A stretch of DNA of 64,000 nt from the NCBI GenBank assembly GCA_001600815.1, contig BCKZ01000009.1, positions 274,194 through 338,193 on the forward strand, read 5' to 3'. The stretch's first letter is position 1; every line of letters begins with the position of its first letter. The notes beneath the pieces are model-generated. The model was not told the DNA's origin and did not search any database. It worked only from the letters and a program-made list of their open reading frames with translations. Both the position numbers and the translations under genes were made by a program. Of the stretch, positions 1 to 12,609 are shown piece by piece. Origin of the DNA: Alloascoidea hylecoeti (taxonomy: Eukaryota).

Positions 1-2438
1 TGATGTTGTTTTGAAAACTTCTCCCTCCAACTATTTGGAGGCTTACATCACGTTTTCTGGTTCTTTTATAGAGAAGTGAAGAGTGTCTTGAATGACCAGT
101 ATATGATACTTTGCAGAACAATACTGCTTTGTTATTGTGTTCCTTGCTGTTTGAGACGGATCTTTCTGCACGCGCTCCACAATCATTATTAACCAACCCA
201 CGAAAACGCTCTAGATTGGCGGAACAACCATTTTTACATAAAAATCGCCGAACTAGCTCTTGTTCCTCAAGAGTAGATGGAATCCTCGGATTTCGGTTGA
301 AGTCTTGCCATGATAATTTTCCGTAAAACTGATTGTGAAGAGTCGATTTTTAGATACCAAATGTGTTGGTAACTTTCACGGACAGCAGCTTCTTGCGTTG
401 TCTCGTATATTCAATAGCTGAGAGTATGATCTTGATTGTATTTCATTAGAGTCCTTGTAGGTGTCATTTGAATGTCTGGTGGTGATTTAGGAACTTTTCG
501 TATTTTGGGATGGTCTTTCAGAATTTACAGTATAGATCTTCTCAATTATTGCACTTCGAACTCACTACGATAACCGCTTTAAGAATACATCTACATTATT
601 CTTTGATTATAGAGAAAATTATAGGATATTGGATATAAATATGGTAGCTTCCAACCAACCATGGAATAATGAAAAATTCTAACAACACGCAAAAATTTAA
701 AAGAGAAAGTATTGATCAGAAATTATCAGAATACTGAGATTAAGTGGATGTTAGTGGTGCTGGTTTTGTAGTTTGTGGTTGCAACAGAGCAGTGTTGTGG
801 CATCCAAGTATGCTACTTATGACTTATTCGAGTTCTATGCCGTCGATAGTATAGTAGGGTATACGTATATTTCATCTTATTTCAATTGCAATTCTAGTTA
901 TATTATTAATATTAAAAATCTGTAAGGATAAAAAAATCCTGTAGAGTCTTAGTAAAGACAGGAGTATTTTCTATAATAAATACTATCATATATGAGAGTT
1001 ATGCCAACTGATTATGCGTTACACCAAGTAGGCACTGCGCAGTAAGGTTGGAGAAGAACTCCTCTCTTCACTGAGATTGATGCTATTTATATATACCGTG
1101 TATTCTAATCTCGGACACTCTAGCACTATACCATGTAATTAATAATTATAGCTATTATACAGTATAAAGCTTTACCGGTATAGTAAAACATTATTACAAT
1201 CTTAAGATCTACTTCTTAATACTAGCATAAAGTTTTGGTACAACATATTAATTAATTATGATGATATTAGTTACTGTACGATGTACCATAATAACATTTT
1301 GAACGTATTTTTGGATTTATAATTAATCACAAACTGTTTTTATGATCACAGAATATCATTTTATGATTATTTTGTCGATCATTGTTCTTAATAAACAAGT
1401 TTTGAACTAAATATTCGATAAGTAATTATAAGAAAAAGAAAATATAAATGTCAGAAACAAGAATCAGGATATATATGAAAAATATGATAATGATAATATA
1501 TAAATTTATATACATGCTAGTATAACAATGGTCTAAGCCTAAAAGGTAATAACAACGATATATGGAATATGATGAGAATATATATATGCATACTTACTGT
1601 ATATTTCAGGTTGTAAAAAAAAAGTAAGATAAAACGAAACGAAACCAAAACATGAACACAAAAATAAGTATAAATATAGACATAATAAAGTGTGAGCGAA
1701 GGTTTTCTATATGCATATGGAGAGTGTGGAAAAGATATGAAGATGCATTGAAAAAATGAATATGGATAAAAGTTCTTGATATGAACTAGCTATAGGGAAC
1801 ATTTCACAGACTTCGAATATAATAATGGCACTTGATAAGACCGATTGAGGTAAATTTATAAATGGGATGTATAGTTTAGACACCAAATATGTGAGAGTGT
1901 ATAGTGGCATATTAGGATCAAGAGACATGAAATATCATTTCTTTTTTATTATTCTTTGATTTGAACAATTCTGTTTAAATTTCTCTAGATCTCCCCAGCA
2001 AATATTAGGTGTAAAGGTGTACATGTTAAGTAAGAGAAAAGTTATCAGGTCATGCGTGCTGCCATTACAATTGATGATCATGATGAGATTTTATTTCATA
2101 GAAGTGCATTAGTAAAAGAAAAAATGTCTAAAAACATTTAAATTTTCAATCAACACCTTGAAATAATAGAATTTTGAAGCACAAAACTGCTTGGAATTTT
2201 TGCCCGAATGTGTCTTTTCATCTCCACTTTAACCAAGTTTAAATAAGAATAATCTGAGACCAATATTGATGGAGAAGAGGATTGAAGATGAGTGTAAATG
2301 TAATTAATATTTGATCTGATTTGCTCTTAGAGTATGCATATGGTAACGAAGGCAGGTATTTCCGTTTTTCTTAAAAGCGGTGAAAATGTAAGGTAAGTAT
2401 GAATAAATAATAGGTTGTGCTTTCAGTTGGCATTAATA

Positions 2439-2660
2439 TTAATGTTTGCAGTCCCCATATCTCATTTTGGGACAATAAGGGCACATCATATGTCCACATC
2501 GATTACAATCGAAACGAGATGGCAAGGAGATCTGACCATTTGGAGAATTGTCGATAGAACCGTAAGCTTTACCGCATTCGCAACAGTACCATTGTACGAT
2601 CTTTTCGGCATCGTAGGCTTTACCGGGTAGAGTAGAGTTTTGCATTATACTTGTCATCAT
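2439..2660 (-). CDS. Small Cys/His-rich zinc-ribbon-like protein (73 aa), function unknown
   Basis: ATG-initiated ORF with WYCCEC and CNRCGHMMCPYC motifs (CxxC ... CxxCxHxxCxxC). TATATAAA on the minus strand about 160 bp upstream (~2817-2824). Confidence 0.75.
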   Translation of the reverse strand: MMTSIMQNSTLPGKAYDAEKIVQWYCCECGKAYGSIDNSPNGQISLPSRFDCNRCGHMMCPYCPKMRYGDCKH

Positions 2661-5600
2661 CTAGTAGATCAATCTGTGGAAGCGAGAAGAGAAGATAGAA
2701 ATAGTTTGAAATTGTGTGGCCAGCTGGCAGTCGGATATGATGAAAAACTAGATATAGCTTGAAAATAGCGAAGCCGGTATAAGTTATGAAGAATGAAAAG
2801 AGAAGAATATTGCTGATTTATATAGTACCTCTAGTAAAATGAAGGAAGTTATTTCCTTTCTTATAATTATTAACTTTTTTTTTAATTTTGTTAATTTTTT
2901 TAATACTTTTTACCATTCTTTATAATTATTTTTTATATACTAATTTTTGTTTTATTAACTTCAACATTGCACTTAAGATATTATTAATAACTGCAATGTT
3001 CATGTCTGATTATTTTACGCTTACGGGTATCATTTAACCTGGCATTAAAAATAATATCGTGCGCTGTCAAGAAAGAATGGATAAATTATTTTCAATTGCA
3101 ATTGGAAACACTGATTTTGAATTCTATGCCATGTTAACGTTTCATGTATCGTGTTACTCGGTTCAAGCACCGGTAAACTCATAATTATAATTATATACCA
3201 TTAATTCTTTTTTTTTATACAAGTAGGTGACATATAAAAATAGCTAGGCTATAGCGCTATGCTTAAGATTAATTATACTGGCTATAGCTATAGTCATAGT
3301 ATTCGATATTCAGTGAAATAATAATCATATCAAATATGATAGCCACTTCGATTTCAGGAAAGATCTTACGCAGTTGTATTATTTATAATTAATTTTAACA
3401 GACATTCGCAATTGCAGTGTTGAACATATTAATAATGCTGGAAACGTTATCGATCCCTTGAACCATGTTGTTTTCAGCTGAGTCTTATTTAAATTTGATT
3501 AATATATGGCCTTGGCCTTGGTGATCTTACCACTGTGACTGATAACTTGCAAAGTGAGTTTAACTAAGTTTAAGAATATCAATTGCAATATAGCTGCGGA
3601 GGTGCTTGATTGCAATTGTTACCTTTTCTTATTATATTTAAACTTGTATTTAATTGAAATGTGGAAGATTCAAAATTGGTAAAGTCGGCATATAGGCTCA
3701 TGCAAATCGCTATATCCAGCTTCAATGTAGGCACTATCTTCAATCGTGCAGTTAGGTTCTTTTGGGAATATATTGCAATTGACCAATACTAATATAACTA
3801 TGGTACTACCTCGGCATCTAACAATAACTATGAACAGTGAGAGGATATATCTCAGCAGTATCTGAATTAATATTTCTGTAGCTATGTACCCAATAATAGA
3901 GAGATGTCTAACTGTGAAGTTAGATTTAAATTAGATCAATGGTTCAAGGTTTAAAATGATGTTAATTATATCAAGTCTAGAGACATATGTTGTAATTATG
4001 ACTCTGTGAGGCTATATTTTTGCCGGAAATAAGGGTTGCAATTGTTTTAGTATCATGAAATACATATATAGATGGGATTATTAATATTATATTATTTAAA
4101 TCAAATTGGTCATGAGTCATGTATCAGTAGCTATAGGAGACCAAGTATTTAACCGTTCATTATTTAAACTACTTTTTTGTTCTTGATCAGTAAAACTAAG
4201 TGATTTTCCCATATTTATCCATCCATCTATAAATCTTTACGACAATATTACTACTAATTTGCTAGTGTTTCTCTAGAAACATATATTATTTATCATGATC
4301 TAATATTATACCTATTTTTACCGGAGCAGCTAGCGCTTTAAATCTAAATTCAAGTAGAATAAGAACCCCATGGCCATGCTGATGCTTCAAATTTTCAGCA
4401 TTTGAAGCATATGCATTTGCAACCTGATTTGTAATATAAGAAAATGATCTTATTCAATATCTGGCTCTTTGCTACTCTAATATTCATGAATTCATTAACT
4501 TCTATTAATATTGGATTTAAGTTTGAAAGAAATCAATGAAGAGGGTATATCCTGTTCCGATTTGCAGATCATAAGTTCACAACATTGCTGTGCATCCAAC
4601 TAATAGTTATCATTTTGGATCTCTGGGGCCACAATGTATAATAACATACACATTGTACTTAATTGTGATTTATGAATGCAAAATAAATTATATAGGACTA
4701 TATTTATATAGATTTGAAAAAGAGACGTCATAACGGGCATATATACTCAAATAGTGACATCTGCATGTAGACCTATACTGAAAATAATAAATTAATATTT
4801 GTTATCAGCTCTCCACACTTTCTCGCGATATCGATCGTTTTTTTACCTAATATCGGCTTACCTAATGTAGATAGAGATATAACTAAACTATATGTTGTCA
4901 ATATTGCCTTTGTTCAACTAATCTTTGCATAGTTTCTGTTAACTATTTAATATATAAGTTTTCTATTTTATAGTCTTAATCAACTAATATATAAATATAA
5001 GCACACATTGCCATATATATCAATTGTAATATCGATAATATATCATTGCAAATGATGAGTAATATTAATGTTATTTAACATTGATACTATGGCTTATCAG
5101 ATCTATAATCATTAGTGTAATATATACAATGGCTAGATGTGACTACAAGATTATTTAATTAAGCTTATAATTAGTTATTAATTATATTGGGAACGTTAGC
5201 CCCTGACGTGGCGATGAGTTGTTTCTAATTACGTAAGTTTTAGGAAATTCCAACTTCTGACACTTTTCCGAAATGTTAAATAATGAAGGTTTAATCCTGT
5301 TGACTTCAGCCTAATGGCAGTTGTTATTCATCTTACGACAGGTATATTTAAATATACTCATCTAATACCAAATACCAGACGAGGTGATATGAAACTAGCG
5401 TTTTCGGTAAGAAAACCAGTATTATATTCTTACATAATTAAAAGGGATTTATTATATGACGATAGGAAACAACAATGGGAATAATCATCCGACAATAATA
5501 GCTAATCTTAATGCAAACACATTATTTAAACCTTGCAATTGTGTAACGATTTTTCCCAGCTCTAATTAAAATAAAAACCTCGTAATTGTATATCAATTAA

Positions 5601-7308
5601 AATTTATCAGTTGGTTTAAAATATACCTTATAGGTTTAGCCTATATAGTTGAAGTTGCTCATATAAGGACATCTTTTGCAACCATTTCTCGGCCATCATG
5701 TTATTTATTCTTTTACAGAAACTCGATTATAGATCTATATAGAGAACCACGTTCACAGGGCACATATCCGAATACAAACTGTAATAAGTGTGTTGAATAT
5801 ATTGTTTTCGTATTTGAAATTGTATCAATTTATTAATTTTGTTGTTAATTACCAAATAATTAAATATAAAGTATAAGGTAGTACCAGTTTAACATAAAGT
5901 TATTTTATACGCGGCTGCAGATGATTTTGATACTGAACTGCCACTTATAAAAGGAGAATCCGAGCCTTTCTCAAATTCAAACTCTAGATTTAAATCTCTA
6001 TTGTTAAAAGTGCTAGTTGTGAAAGTAAATTTGTATAATATTAATTGCAATATTTTGTATGAAGTATTCCATATTTCCTACAGTACCCGTATATAAGGTG
6101 AGTGAGTTGACATGGTCATGAGTCTACCTATTTAGGAACGTCTATTATTGTTTTGTCTGCTCAGTGTGCTGTTGTGAAGTGGGTTAACTTATACATGATA
6201 CGTAGGATTAACATCTGGTTGCGGTTAGTACTAGTTAAACCTCTTGCAAGCGCTCAAATATGCATATGCATATGAAATGGTAAGTTGTTTATGACAATTA
6301 AAATAAAGCTGTTATAATAATAGTTAATGGTAATTATGGTATAATATACAATATTATTTTCTCGTAAAATTTAAGGGATTTTTTTGTTTCCTTCACAAGA
6401 AACAAAGTTAAAATAGCTTGATTCAGGTTCCGGCAAGAATTTTTACATGTACGATAGACAAGTTCTACAATTGAAGGAATCAATATTTTACGAACTGTTG
6501 AAACGTAAAAGTTTCTCCCACAGCCACCTATAAATATTATTTAATCTAGCATCTTAATTATATAAGAATGGATACAATATCAACAAGCTTCTATTTAATA
6601 TTTTTGATATGTAACGAATCATCATGTCATGGTTAGCAACTTAACAATGTTAGCATTAATGAATTAACTCAAGTCTTATAATCGACACAATTTTGATCTT
6701 TGGTGTACCTATAAGTCTTATATCCAACGTTAACATATAGGGCTCTCTAATTATAACATATTCCAAGGATTCTATTTTATGATATCAAGACTTACAATAT
6801 TGAATACAACTTGTAATATTTATAATTATATTTCACTCGACATCAGTGAATTATTTGGAAGATGTCAAGATTGGAAAGAAATGCAAAGAGGCGAAATAAA
6901 ATTATATACCATAATTAATCATATCCTTTAAAACAAAGAAAAAATTCTAGAAAAATTTTAAAATTAAAGCGCATTATAATTAATCATGAGAATTTTCATT
7001 TCTAAAAAATAGAATATCTGACATTATTTTAGCCGTTTGCTATCATATAAAGTTAACGTTGCAACTCTAAACCTTGTATGAAAGATTCAGCTGCAAAGAA
7101 ATGCGTTTAGGTATAAATAATATCAACTATATATATATGTATATCTCTAGTTTAATTTCCTCCTGCTTCTTCACATGAATGAAATTATTTAATTTATAAA
7201 TATGATCTGAAAATACAATTCCTATGAAATTTTAATCAAAAAGTTTATAATTATAAAGCAAACATTGAATATTAATTCTAAGTTAACATCAATTGACAAT
7301 AAATGTTA

Positions 7309-7507
7309 CCGTAGTGGGCGCCATTTTGTGCAGCTCGCTATATATATATGATTAGTTTTTGACCCCGATGACCCATACCCGCTATCACCCTGAAAAGATA
7401 ACAATCGCCGGTACTTTTCATACGATCAGGTTGGCAGTGACCCGGAATTCCATTCCAGGATTTACCATAGTTAACAGATACTTTGCACAAAATGGCGCCC
7501 ACTACGG
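7309..7507. mobile_element. 199-bp MITE (non-autonomous Tc1/mariner-superfamily, pogo/Tc2-like ends)
   Basis: Perfect 24-bp terminal inverted repeats CCGTAGTGGGCGCCATTTTGTGCA (7309-7332) and TGCACAAAATGGCGCCCACTACGG (7484-7507). TA on both flanks (7307-7308, 7508-7509). GC-richer than the surroundings, no long ORF. Confidence 0.85.
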
Positions 7508-7993
7508 TATATATACATGCACCTAAAATTCACAGGAACTTTCCGTACCTCAATGTAATTCAAATAGAAAATTAATAATAAAAATCTACTCATTATTATT
7601 TATGGATCTATATAACCTTATAAGCTTTATTTTGACTTTTGAAACTGGAATGTGAAACTTTTCGATTGATCACTGGTTGGAACTCCTGTTATATCGATGA
7701 TCAGATTACAAATTTATATAAAAAATGCATGTAGTATGAAACAACTTTTAAATTTGGTTTCAACTTTTTCATGCTTGTGCATAGACAAGTACAGCAGAAA
7801 CAAAGCTGATAAATTGAGTCAATTGCAAGGAAACGCCGGTCATTTTATATGAATGACAGTTTAGGAATTTGATGACATGATAATGTTGTAGTAAGTTGTA
7901 ACGTTCCACGTGCATTGATATTTAATTTATGAGAAAATCCTGAAATCCGCATGCGTATCTGGAGTTGGAAATCGGATGCTCATCATTGGGCAC

Positions 7994-8030
7994 CAGTGTT
8001 CAGTGTTCAGTGTTCAATGTTTACTGTTCA
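7994..8030. repeat. 7-bp tandem repeat (CAGTGTT)x3 plus two degenerate copies
   Basis: cagtgtt cagtgtt cagtgtt caatgtt tactgtt ca. Confidence 0.8.
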
Positions 8031-8461
8031 CATACGGTTGGCCGTTGTATCATACTATTGCTTTATATGTTCGGAATATCGGAACTGTTGCCAATTTGAA
8101 AATTACTTATGCACACGAAAATTTGATCTGATCATGATATAATTTTAAATAACAATAATTATAATACTAAAAATATATGATCAAATACATAGATCACACA
8201 TCAGATATGTGGTTATTAAATTTATGTAATTATATATGAGCAACCGGATTGCAATTGCAATATTTATGTCGGGATATTGGATATAATACTGACATGTCAT
8301 CTAAACACAAGCTTAAGCAGTGGAATCATAAGTTCATGATCATAACATGAATAGTGTCTTAATATAATAAGTTATAACCTTCCGATACTACCTGGAGAAT
8401 CATATATGTATCTCACAAGCTTAAAAATACGGCCATTTTCAATCGAATTTGGGCTTGGATA

Positions 8462-8720
8462 CAGTCAAGGACTGAAAGCACAAGACAGTGAAGAGTTTGA
8501 ACTTTGAGCACACTAATTATGATCCGATATGCAGAAAAATCCAGTCGGGCCGACAAGTTTTTGGATTCTAAAATTTTGGTCCAATATTATTCATTATAAA
8601 TTTGGGCCAATATTTTGTCTTCATTTCTTACCATGCCAATAAATAATATTTTTAACATTTATCCTTCAAATAGTATTAATTATTTTTTTGCATATCGGTC
8701 CATAATCGGTGCCTTGACTA
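8462..8720. mobile_element. Decayed TIR element (probable old MITE)
   Basis: 30-bp inverted repeat 8511-8540 vs 8682-8711 (25/30 identical by hand alignment). Outer 8-bp inverted match AGTCAAGG (8463-8470) vs CCTTGACT (8712-8719). Left end reads TA|CAGTCAAGG. Confidence 0.5.
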
Positions 8721-10241
8721 CACCTCAATAGTTATATATAGCTTTCTTCTTAGTTGAAGTCAAGTCAAGTTACGTGTTATAACATCGATATTGGCAATTT
8801 GACATTATTTAAAATGGAAATAATACAAGTAACTATGTATAGCAAGCTCAAGATTTGTTGAACCGTAAAGACAAATTTCTTTACATCTATCATGAATGAA
8901 ACAATAAAATGCCCTAAATGGTATATAATATAATATAATATAATTACTTACATAAGATCTTATATTTTTAGTCTCCAATGACTCTCTATCTATTATCTAC
9001 TCTAATGACTACGTAGATTTTTACAGTTTCTAAATAGTCATATATCATAGCTTTTTAAAACTTGAAATTATTCTATTTTAGTTTATAGTAAATTTTTAAT
9101 GCTTCCCAATTATGACTATTTTAGCTTACAGATTATAATTGCATAGTGCATAACAGTATCTAATTCAACGATCGATTTCCAGTTCATGGTCGGCGTCTAA
9201 TTATACCTTATAGTTAATGATGTTCAAATTCATAAATAAGCAAAAAGAAACAAAGAAATTGTACTATGAATCAGTTGCAAACTGCAATGATTGTAACTAC
9301 TCATTTTTTAAGATTCAGATATCAATTAGCATACGAACCACAAGAGAAAATGAAACTATTTATTGCAACTGATCATGAATGATTTGTAATTTAGATAAGC
9401 ATTCAATAAGATAACTTATATAATTACCCCACTTTATCAATGTACCGGTATAATTTATGGGCATCGCTTTTGTATCAATTAGCTCGAATTTGTCTCGGGT
9501 ATGATTATGAATATGTATTCTTAAAACATTTCCTGAATGTATAACAAATCAGTCTCAATTTGTACAAGTGTTACACCTTTAGATTGAGTGCCTTATTCAT
9601 TTATAACTATCAACATTGATTGAGCTATTAACAATCTTACGTAATTAATTAGCTTGATACCTCAAGCTTAAGATATCTGATCATCGTTTAGATCTAAAAT
9701 GCAGATGGAGTTTTAACTGTTATTGGGATTGGTATGTTTCGGCAATTACAGATGCAGGTGAAACTTCCGTCAAGCTCCAGCAATTTAATTTCAGTATATG
9801 AAAAGAAATATTTAGAGGCTGAGAAGAGGAGACGAACTTCAGTCAAGGATAAGATATAAACAAACGTTAAAAGCCACAAATATATCCGTTAAGTAAATGA
9901 ACAGTACTATGGGTATAGTTGAATAAATGACCGGTATATATGCAGATATGATTTTCAAGTTCTTCTTTTTTCAATTGTAATTGCAAGACTTCCTTTTCCA
10001 GCACTATTTGAAACCCCCTTAACCATAAGCTTAATTATTACGAAGTAATACCAAAAAGACGTACTTTCTCTGTCATTCGTGTAATTCAGTTGCTGTCTTA
10101 TATCACTGTAAAGAAATTAAATTTTAACGTAACCAAAAATAGGCTAATGTTTACTTGAACACCCATACAACACATTTTTACTTATGTGTATGGACTTATA
10201 ATAATATTACTATGATTGTGAACCTTTACAAACGATAAATA

Positions 10242-10586
10242 ATGAGGTTGACCATAAATCAAATAATATCGACACTATGTCTGTTTATAGCTTTAGTTTC
10301 TGCAGATTACCCTTGGTTTTGCCGATGTCAATATGATCGAGAACACTATGAGATTACAGAACTGAAACTGGATCCACAATCAACCGCCCTTCCTTGCTCT
10401 TCTTGCACCCGTCAATTTTGTATTGATGAAGCTAAAATTGATATCAAAGATCCTAATGATGTTTTTTCAAGTTGCTTTCAGAGACAAAGTTTCAAGGATT
10501 TGCTGATTGTATATGGTTTTATTATTCTCACATCAATCTTGCTTGTGTTTGCTGGTATTAAAAGATTCAGAACTTGGAGATCTTAA
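10242..10586 (+). CDS. Small membrane protein: signal peptide, 6-Cys luminal domain, C-terminal TM helix (uncharacterised fungal family)
   Basis: 114-aa ORF with hydrophobic N-terminus, CxC...CxxCxxxxC...CFQRQSFKD, then a TM segment and a basic tail. Confidence 0.85.
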   Translation: MRLTINQIISTLCLFIALVSADYPWFCRCQYDREHYEITELKLDPQSTALPCSSCTRQFCIDEAKIDIKDPNDVFSSCFQRQSFKDLLIVYGFIILTSILLVFAGIKRFRTWRS

Positions 10587-10742
10587 AGAAATCTAAATCC
10601 AAAAGAAATAAAATTTTTGCTTCGAAAAATAAGGATGGTTTTTTTTTTTGATTCTGGGTGGCATTATTCATTGTAGTATATAGGTATCTATCTAAACCTA
10701 ATATTTTTCTACACTAAATAATGAAGTAAATATGACATATAA

Positions 10743-12221
10743 TTAAAGCTCTATAGGAATTCGAAAGACATCTTTTATATCAAACATATTAAATGAATCA
10801 TTTTCAAGAGCTCTCTTTAATAATCTTATACAGTATTCCTTCTGAAAGGTATACATATTCAAATTTGAATCAAGGAATCCAACGTCACAATGCAAAGAAT
10901 TTTGAAAACAATGATTGGCAATAAATGTATATGTATCATAAATTATCATTCCATATCCGAGTTTCAATGTTATAAATATATATCTTTCATCTGGTGAAAA
11001 TGAAATATATTTTCCATCAACTTCATCATCTTGAAATCTCAAAATTGTAAAATCCTCAGACGTTAGCGCTAATGGATGATTATTAATACCTGATATTGCC
11101 ATACAGCTCCTAGTAAGAAAGCCTTGTGTATTTAGAGTTAATAGTTCACATGTTTCAAGAATGTGTTTGATAGATAAAACCCAAAGAGATGGTGCATGTT
11201 CATTGGTACTTCCTGAAAATAAAAGAATCAATTCTGTTGATGTGGATGATAGAATGAAATTGGATTTAGGTAGAAAAGCATACCGCTGGCTACCAAAAAT
11301 ATTCCCGGTAAGCTTATCTACCAGTAATAAGTGACGACAGTTTTCAATATATAAAAACACAAATATTATTTCTTCATTTGCTACAATATGAGTTGCTGCA
11401 CCAGCACCATATGGACGTCGTGTATATAGTATATACTTGAATAAATCTGTCTTCCAAATCAATCTACTACGTTCACCATTAGTTGCATGATCAAAAGCAC
11501 ATAGAAAGTGTTCATAAGCAATACAATAGTATACATTACCAAATGAACAATCAGGTGGAATCCGCATAAATGTTGAGTCAAAGTTCCAGTAGCGAGAGAA
11601 ATCAAAGGATGGTACGTATATGTTTCCATCACTTATCTTTTGATTGTACAACAAATTCAAATGGCATACAGGAGGTTCGTAAAATACACTGTTCGCATTT
11701 TGAAGTACTTTGATATCTCCTGTGTCAAGATTCATACATAATTGGTATAATTCTTGTTCTTCACTAGATATTTCTTGATTTCTAATATTCATCACAATTA
11801 CATTTTGTTTTTTGTTTTTATCCTGAGAAGAAATGGTGAATCCTCCTAAACATCTAATGGAATCATTCAAAGTGGTTGTAAGTAGTTTTATGGGAGAATG
11901 AGGAAGTTGGTTTATGGGCATCTGATTGGTTCTAGATTTGAAAGATTTATTCGTTCTAAATAAAATCTTCTCTAATTTAAGATCTCCTCTTGGAAATCTA
12001 TTTGCATGTCGGTATAGAACCGATTTCCAAGTTTGGCCAGGACTAATTGTAATGTATTTGTTGCGGAATAATAGAATCGATCGACACAAGCAATTATCAA
12101 ATGTTCTGAATAAGGTTTTGCAGGTCAAAGACAAGCAAATAATGTCCAAAAGATCCATATTTTTCAACACATTGAGGAGTAGCTCATTAGGTAGCAATAA
12201 AAAAGATGATTTACTATACAT
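10743..12221 (-). CDS. F-box domain protein
   Basis: 492-aa ORF. N-terminal LLLPNELLLNVLKNMDLLDIICLSLTCKTLFR fits the F-box consensus; the remainder is unrecognised. Confidence 0.85.
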   Translation of the reverse strand: MYSKSSFLLLPNELLLNVLKNMDLLDIICLSLTCKTLFRTFDNCLCRSILLFRNKYITISPGQTWKSVLYRHANRFPRGDLKLEKILFRTNKSFKSRTNQMPINQLPHSPIKLLTTTLNDSIRCLGGFTISSQDKNKKQNVIVMNIRNQEISSEEQELYQLCMNLDTGDIKVLQNANSVFYEPPVCHLNLLYNQKISDGNIYVPSFDFSRYWNFDSTFMRIPPDCSFGNVYYCIAYEHFLCAFDHATNGERSRLIWKTDLFKYILYTRRPYGAGAATHIVANEEIIFVFLYIENCRHLLLVDKLTGNIFGSQRYAFLPKSNFILSSTSTELILLFSGSTNEHAPSLWVLSIKHILETCELLTLNTQGFLTRSCMAISGINNHPLALTSEDFTILRFQDDEVDGKYISFSPDERYIFITLKLGYGMIIYDTYTFIANHCFQNSLHCDVGFLDSNLNMYTFQKEYCIRLLKRALENDSFNMFDIKDVFRIPIEL

Positions 12222-12546
12222 GGTAATATAAACGGCACCGGTGATTTTGAGGTTGGAACCTGGACAGTGCAGTTAGCTGAGTTGTACAATCTAAGGGGTA
12301 CCAGTAGAAGTGTGATTCCAGGTTAGTCCCGCGTCGTATTAGAGGAATCTGCATGCAAGGTAGTACTTCTACGTTGAGTATATTCAGCGGATCGTGAAAT
12401 ATATTCAATTATGGGGGTGAGATATGTTAATCTAACAGAACGTGGGTTATATTATTTTACACCAGGTTGATTTGAGGTTTGGAAGGTGTTCTGATAACTG
12501 TTATCAGTGTTATAAATTATAATGATGGGGAAACTTATGCAGAAAA

Positions 12547-12609
12547 AACCGTCCCGCTTACAACCGATGGAACAATATGGTATATTTTAGACGCTGCCTC
12601 CGAGAACCG
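12547..12609 (+). promoter_or_regulatory. Candidate Aro80-type CCG direct-repeat UAS
   Basis: Three AACCG half-sites (12547, 12562, 12605) including CCG-N7-CCG (12554-12566), 130-190 bp upstream of the ARO10-like gene. Confidence 0.35.

Noticed and set aside
1..410. Stop-free minus-strand frame of ~136 codons running off the window edge, and ORF 111-326 (+)
   Set aside because: No in-frame ATG, no convincing splice junction, and no recognisable protein features. More likely the leader region of a gene outside the window.
1707..1928. 73-aa hydrophobic ORF, and similar short ORFs at 7951, 9694, 12479, 17720, 38934, 51843, 52512
   Set aside because: Composition reflects AT-rich intergenic DNA; no motifs; several need non-ATG starts.
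2737..2816. ATGATGA...CTGA spaced like a box C/D snoRNA
   Set aside because: No terminal stem or recognisable rRNA-complementary guide; antisense to the leader of the zinc-ribbon gene.
7907..7912. CACGTG in the gene desert as a possible CDEI of a point centromere
   Set aside because: No very AT-rich ~80-bp CDEII followed by a convincing CDEIII; the lineage appears to lie outside point-centromere yeasts.
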